DNA of 29,093 nucleotides from Actinomycetes bacterium (GTDB taxonomy: Bacteria > Actinomycetota > Coriobacteriia > WRKU01). The position numbers were made by a program, and so were the translations under genes. This document shows positions 24,494 to 29,093 of this stretch, piece by piece; within the stretch, counting starts at the first letter, position 1; each line of letters begins with the position of its first letter. Where the stretch lies: NCBI GenBank assembly GCA_009781565.1, contig WQXV01000001.1, forward strand, positions 1 through 29,093, in the 5' to 3' direction. Under the pieces are notes generated by a model, which had not been told where the DNA came from, did no database searches, and saw only the letters and a program-made list of their open reading frames with translations.

Positions 24494-26584
24494 ATGCTAT
24501 TACTTGGCCAATTAGGCATGTGGATCGGACTGGTCGGGGCGGTCGTCGCTGCCATCACCCTTCTCATGGGACGTATGAGTGACAACGAGCAGACCACACG
24601 GTTCGGCTACTATTCGGCTTTTGCCTCACTGATCGGTATCACGATCTCGACACTGGTGATCGCAATCGCGTTCTTCATACGTGACTACTCGATCTATTAT
24701 GTCGCATCGAACCGCTCGACCGATGTCTCGGCACTACGCTGGCTCTACGATCTATCCGGTGTCTGGGCGGGTCGCGAGGGTTCGTTGCTGTTCTGGGCAT
24801 GGTTGCTGGCTTTGTTCACCGGCTATGTGGCATGGCGCGGTCTGCGTGATCTTGACGAGCTGACCGATATGGCGCTGATGGTGCTCAACATCATCATCGC
24901 ACTCTTCTGCATCGTGCTGATCGTTCCCAACGGTCCCAATAATCCCTTTATCGCTACTCCGGCGCACCTGCTGGTCAACGGTAATCTGGTCGGGCAAGCT
25001 GCGACGATCGGAATGAATCCACTGCTGCAGCACTGGGCGATGATCCTGCACCCACCGACCTTGTTCATCGGGTATGCGGGCCTTGCGGTTCCGTTCGCCT
25101 ATGCGATGGCAGCCCTGATTGTCGACGATCCGTCGTCTCGCTGGGTCAAGCATGTCGATCGCATCACGATGTTCGCATGGCTCTTCCTGGGCGCCGGTAT
25201 CGGTCTGGGCTCGATCTGGGCCTACGTGGTCTTGGGTTGGGGTGGCTACTGGGGTTGGGATCCGGTGGAGAACGCGTCGATCCTACCTTGGTTCGTCGGA
25301 GTCGGACTGATCCATAGCTTTACGATCTATCGCCTGCGTGATGGCTTCAAGCGCTGGGCGATCCTCTTTTCAGCTGTTACCTTCGCGATGGTCATCCTGG
25401 GTACCTGGATCACCCGTTCAGGGCTGGTCCAGTCGGTCCACGCCTTTGCGCCTGATACCCTCTCTGCGCGGCTGTTCGGCTTCATGATCTGGGGGCCGAT
25501 CATCATCGCGCTGATCGGGCTTGCGATGCGCTGGGATTCTTTCAGCAGTGACGTCGAAGAGATCGAGTCGCTGTCCAGCAGGGAGTCTGCCTATTATCTG
25601 ACCAACGTCTTGATGTTCTTCGCCTCTTTCATCATCGCCGCTTTGACGACGTCGAGCTGGTGGTCTTCATTCTTCATGCAAAACTCGCTCAATCAAGGTC
25701 CCATGGCTTATGAACGACTCGCGCGTCCCATCGGGATCCTGTTCCTTGCGGTCTTGGCGGTCTGCCCGCTTCTGTCATGGGGAAAGACCGAAGGTAGGGC
25801 CTTGTGGGGCAAGATCAAGATCCCCTTGATCTTTGCCGCGGGCATATTGGCGTTGCTCATCTGGGAGTGGATCAGCGTTCTGCTTCCGACCTATGATGAC
25901 ATGGTGCTTGCCGGTGGAGCTATCGCGAGCGACTATCTGCAGTTCGGCAAACCGATGTATGCGATCACGACACTGCTCGGCTTCGGTCTGAGCGCGTTTC
26001 TGATCACGAACACGTTGGCGCTCTTCGCACGCGGTGTCCGTGCCCGTATGAACTCGAAGGGCGAGAGCGCGCTGAGTGCTCTTTGGTCGGTACTGACCAA
26101 GGCGCGCACCCAATCAGGTGGCTATATCTGTCATATCGCCATCGGTATCATCGTGATTGGTCTGATCGGCTCGAGCATGTATGTACGTGACGTCTCGGTC
26201 ACCGTGCCCGATCAAGCAGGAGAGACGATCGAGATCGCCGACTACACCCTGACGTTCATCAAACACGAAGAGACTGAGCTTGCCAATGGGGACGTGGAGT
26301 CACGGGCTTATTTCGATGTGACCCGTGGGGGAAGATCGATCGGGACCGTCGTTCCCTCGATCACCGAGTTCGCCCTCAACGGCATGACCCGCTACAACGC
26401 CCATGTGGTATCCGAACCACTGCGCGATATCTTCTTGGTCTATCACGGAGTCGTCGATGGTGGACTTGATATCAACGTCAAGATCAATCCTTTGATCTGG
26501 TTCGTGTGGGCCGGCTTCGGGTTGCTGCTGGTCGGTACTGTGCTGGCCATGTGGCCCAAGCGCAAACACGTACTGACGGCATAG
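24494..26584 (+). CDS. ccmF: Cytochrome c synthetase CcmF
   Basis: WAGREGSLLFW, MNPLLQH..ILHPP, WWD motif WGGYWGWDPVEN, IHS, SVHAF, ICH, KINPL. Confidence 0.95.
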   Translation: MLLLGQLGMWIGLVGAVVAAITLLMGRMSDNEQTTRFGYYSAFASLIGITISTLVIAIAFFIRDYSIYYVASNRSTDVSALRWLYDLSGVWAGREGSLLFWAWLLALFTGYVAWRGLRDLDELTDMALMVLNIIIALFCIVLIVPNGPNNPFIATPAHLLVNGNLVGQAATIGMNPLLQHWAMILHPPTLFIGYAGLAVPFAYAMAALIVDDPSSRWVKHVDRITMFAWLFLGAGIGLGSIWAYVVLGWGGYWGWDPVENASILPWFVGVGLIHSFTIYRLRDGFKRWAILFSAVTFAMVILGTWITRSGLVQSVHAFAPDTLSARLFGFMIWGPIIIALIGLAMRWDSFSSDVEEIESLSSRESAYYLTNVLMFFASFIIAALTTSSWWSSFFMQNSLNQGPMAYERLARPIGILFLAVLAVCPLLSWGKTEGRALWGKIKIPLIFAAGILALLIWEWISVLLPTYDDMVLAGGAIASDYLQFGKPMYAITTLLGFGLSAFLITNTLALFARGVRARMNSKGESALSALWSVLTKARTQSGGYICHIAIGIIVIGLIGSSMYVRDVSVTVPDQAGETIEIADYTLTFIKHEETELANGDVESRAYFDVTRGGRSIGTVVPSITEFALNGMTRYNAHVVSEPLRDIFLVYHGVVDGGLDINVKINPLIWFVWAGFGLLLVGTVLAMWPKRKHVLTA

Positions 26585-26618
26585 CACAACAACGATCGAG
26601 GCGACCGAGCACCGCGCG

Positions 26619-27371
26619 ATGACACCGAGCCAGTCCACAGAATCGATCCCTACCGATGTCTTAGCGCTTGATGTGCACGATCTGTCACGGACCTTCGGGG
26701 TACGCAAGGCACTCGATAAGGTGTCCTTCGAGCTTGCCCAACACCAATTCCTCTCGATCTTTGGTCCCAATGGGGCAGGTAAGACCACGCTGCTGCGCGT
26801 GCTTGCCACGCTGACCCCGCCATCGGCAGGTAGCGATGTCAAGGTACTGGGCTACGATGTGGTCAAAGACGCTTTCGCGCTGCGTGAGCACATCGGCCTT
26901 ATCAGTCACAACCCCTTACTCTATCCGGATCTGACCGCCGATGAGAACCTGCAGTTCTTCGCGCAGCTCTACGGTATCCCCAGCTCGAAAGAGCGGATCG
27001 ATGAGTTGCTCGACGCGGTCGAGCTGACCCATCGCAAGCTCGATATCGTGCGCACATTCTCGCGCGGTATGACCCAACGACTCTCGTTGGCACGCACACT
27101 GTTATCCTCACCGGAGCTCATCTTTTTGGACGAGCCGTATTCAGGACTCGATCCTCACGCCAGCGATATCCTCGACTCATTGATCGAGGGCATTCGCGAC
27201 AAGCACACCTTCGTGATGGTCAGCCATGATCTCGAGCACGGCTTGGAGATGTGTAGCCATGCGCTTATCCTGGCACGGGGCAAAGTGGTACTTTTCGAAG
27301 AGAGGGCATCACTGGATACCGAAGCGTTTCGTTCGACCTATCGCGACACCGTCGGCTTGGGAGTCTCGTAA
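26619..27371 (+). CDS. ccmA: Heme exporter ATP-binding protein CcmA
   Basis: GPNGAGKT, FSRGM signature, LDEPYSGLD, SH. Located between ccmF and ccmB. Confidence 0.88.
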   Translation: MTPSQSTESIPTDVLALDVHDLSRTFGVRKALDKVSFELAQHQFLSIFGPNGAGKTTLLRVLATLTPPSAGSDVKVLGYDVVKDAFALREHIGLISHNPLLYPDLTADENLQFFAQLYGIPSSKERIDELLDAVELTHRKLDIVRTFSRGMTQRLSLARTLLSSPELIFLDEPYSGLDPHASDILDSLIEGIRDKHTFVMVSHDLEHGLEMCSHALILARGKVVLFEERASLDTEAFRSTYRDTVGLGVS

Positions 27372-27373
27372 AG

Positions 27374-28093
27374 ATGGCATCGGCAAAAAGACAGATATCG
27401 AGTTTCGAGCAGTTCAAGGCGATCTTGCGCAAGGACATCGTCATGGAGCTACGCACCAAGGAGATGTTGACCTCGATGGGGCTCTATGCGGTATTGGTGC
27501 TCATCATCTACTACGTGGCCCTTTCCCAAGCAGGCCAAGGTTTCGACGTCTCACGTATCGCGGGAGGACTACTTCTGCTTGCGATCGTGTTCACCTCGAT
27601 GCTGGGGCTGAACCGCTCGTTGGTACACGAACAGGACCAAGGCTGTCTGGAGGCGTTGCTGCTCTCTCCGGTCGACCGACCCGTCATATTCTTTGGCAAA
27701 GCGGTAGGAAACCTCATATTCTTGATCTTGGTCCAGATCTTTGTCGTGCCGCTGTTCTACTTCATCTTCTTGAGTGGCTCTGGTGCCCAGAGTGGTCCCT
27801 GGTGGATGTTGGCACTGGCTTTGCTGGTCGGCTCGATCGGCATTGCGGGGATCGGGACGTTTTTGGCCACCATGTCGGTCAACACGACCGGCAAGGACTT
27901 TATCTTGGCCATCATGTTCATCCCACTCATCTTTCCCCTGCTACTCGTGATCGTAGCAGCACTGACCGCGGTGATCACCGCCGATCCAGGCTATGTGCAG
28001 ACCTATTGGACGATGCTCGGTATTGCACTTGGGTATGACGCGATCATGATCGCCGTCGCCTTCGCGCTCTACGAATTCATCCTCGGAGCCTAG
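27374..28093 (+). CDS. ccmB: Heme exporter membrane protein CcmB
   Basis: KD...E.R, E.DQG.LE.LLLSP, six TM segments, follows ccmA. Confidence 0.9.
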   Translation: MASAKRQISSFEQFKAILRKDIVMELRTKEMLTSMGLYAVLVLIIYYVALSQAGQGFDVSRIAGGLLLLAIVFTSMLGLNRSLVHEQDQGCLEALLLSPVDRPVIFFGKAVGNLIFLILVQIFVVPLFYFIFLSGSGAQSGPWWMLALALLVGSIGIAGIGTFLATMSVNTTGKDFILAIMFIPLIFPLLLVIVAALTAVITADPGYVQTYWTMLGIALGYDAIMIAVAFALYEFILGA

Positions 28094-28144
28094 ACGTACC
28101 CGATAAAAGTTGTTGAGATTGTATAGGGAAGGTGAAATAGCGCC

Positions 28145-28150
28145 TATAAT
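28145..28150 (+). promoter_or_regulatory. -10 box for a separate ccmCD transcript
   Basis: TATAAT in the 117-bp ccmB-ccmC gap. No clear -35. Confidence 0.45.
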
Positions 28151-28210
28151 AGAAGTGCTCCATAAAAGGAGTAGCTATTGTTGTTCAGGCTATGAAGAAA
28201 AGGCTCGCGT

Positions 28211-28975
28211 GTGAGTAGACAATTAAAAATTGCTATGGTGCTCATGGTGATCGGTGGACTCTTGACCACCCTTGCCTTCTTCATGGCGTTTTATACCGCG
28301 CGCGTCCAAGGGTTCGGCACGATCGTCTCCGAAGTGCCGCTCGACACCTCGTTCGCACTCGCTCCGCCCAATCTGCAACCGACCGATGGCATCGCCTACG
28401 AGCGGCCCTGGCTCTCACAAAAGATATTCTATTTCCATGTGCCGGTCGCCGAGGCCTCATTTTTGGTCTTTTCGATCGCGGCGCTCTTCGCGGTCCTCTT
28501 CCTGTTGAGAAAAGATAAGAAATACGACACCCGATCACGCATCGCCATGGAGACCGCGTTCGTCTTCGTGGTCGCCACCATGATCACCGGGGTTCTGTGG
28601 ACCCGCGCAAGCTGGGGTGTATGGTGGGACTGGGAACCACGGTTGACCACGTATTTCATCATGATGGTGTTGATGGTGGCTTATTTCGTGGTACGCAACA
28701 GTGTGGGTGATGAGGAGCGTGCCGCAACCTATGCGGCGGTGTTCTGTATCATCGCCTGGGTCGATGCACCCTTAAGCTTCATCATCACGCGTCTTATCCC
28801 CTCAAGCCATCCGGTCGTGTTCCGGTCGGGGATGGATACGACGAATCTGATACCGTTCATCATCGCGCAGCTCGGCATGCTCATGATCGGCTATGCGATC
28901 TATGTCTTGCGCGCGACCGAAGAAGATATGAGAGAGAGACTCGATATACTCAAAGAAGGGCTGGAGGACTACTGA
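28211..28975 (+). CDS. ccmC: Heme transfer protein CcmC
   Basis: KIFYFHVP (first His), WGVWWDWEPRLTT (WWD-type motif), SSHP (second His). Confidence 0.92.
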   Translation: MSRQLKIAMVLMVIGGLLTTLAFFMAFYTARVQGFGTIVSEVPLDTSFALAPPNLQPTDGIAYERPWLSQKIFYFHVPVAEASFLVFSIAALFAVLFLLRKDKKYDTRSRIAMETAFVFVVATMITGVLWTRASWGVWWDWEPRLTTYFIMMVLMVAYFVVRNSVGDEERAATYAAVFCIIAWVDAPLSFIITRLIPSSHPVVFRSGMDTTNLIPFIIAQLGMLMIGYAIYVLRATEEDMRERLDILKEGLEDY

Positions 28976-29093
28976 TGATCGATCCCACCAACACCGAACT
29001 GTATAATCTGGTCCTGCAAGATGCGCCGTATGTGATTGCCGCTTATGGGATACTCTGGATTGCCTTGTGCGGATATGTTACCTTTATGTTAGG
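28975..29093 (+). CDS. ccmD: CcmD-like small membrane protein, 3'-partial (not in the ORF track)
   Basis: The ATG overlaps the ccmC stop (TGATG) with SD GGAGG. Translates MIDPTNTELYNLVLQDAPYVIAAYGILWIALCGYVTFML..., with the YV..AY...W pattern of CcmD, and runs off the window. Confidence 0.75.
   Translation, partial: MIDPTNTELYNLVLQDAPYVIAAYGILWIALCGYVTFML

Noticed and set aside
28178-28210. Selenocysteine readthrough of TGA 28193-28195 extending CcmC
   Set aside because: No SECIS-like hairpin follows the TGA, the extension has no CcmC similarity, and GTG 28211 has its own SD (AAAAGG).

Overview
A GC-rich, gene-dense bacterial chromosomal segment, almost entirely on the + strand. It is most consistent with an Actinomycetota genome, probably class Coriobacteriia; this is inferred from the tig-clpP-clpX-valS-folC synteny, a sortase-type IPHTG anchor and a System I ccm cluster. 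In order it contains: the end of an osmoprotectant ABC transporter; an aromatic-amino-acid-type ABC transporter; a 135-nt rod-like inverted-repeat element with its own candidate minus-strand promoter; pcrA; tig-clpP-clpX-valS-folC; a two-gene unit (DivIVA-domain protein plus a catalytically dead SipW-like signal peptidase); a double-zinc-ribbon membrane protein; thrS; a very small birA; a sortase-anchored DUF6273/B-repeat surface protein; coaX (minus strand); an OmpR-family two-component system coupled to an uncharacterised protein; and ccmE-F-A-B and ccmC-D. No tRNA, rRNA, CRISPR array, transposase, integrase or reverse transcriptase was seen. The best leads are: (1) the unannotated structured element at 4240-4374; (2) the degenerate DivIVA and pseudo-peptidase pair; (3) a 148-aa BirA whose substitution and truncation resemble engineered proximity-labelling ligases; (4) a CxxxY-type CcmE with a duplicated OB domain; (5) a surface protein carrying a domain of the type diversified by DGRs. 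All alignments were done by eye and no searches were run.
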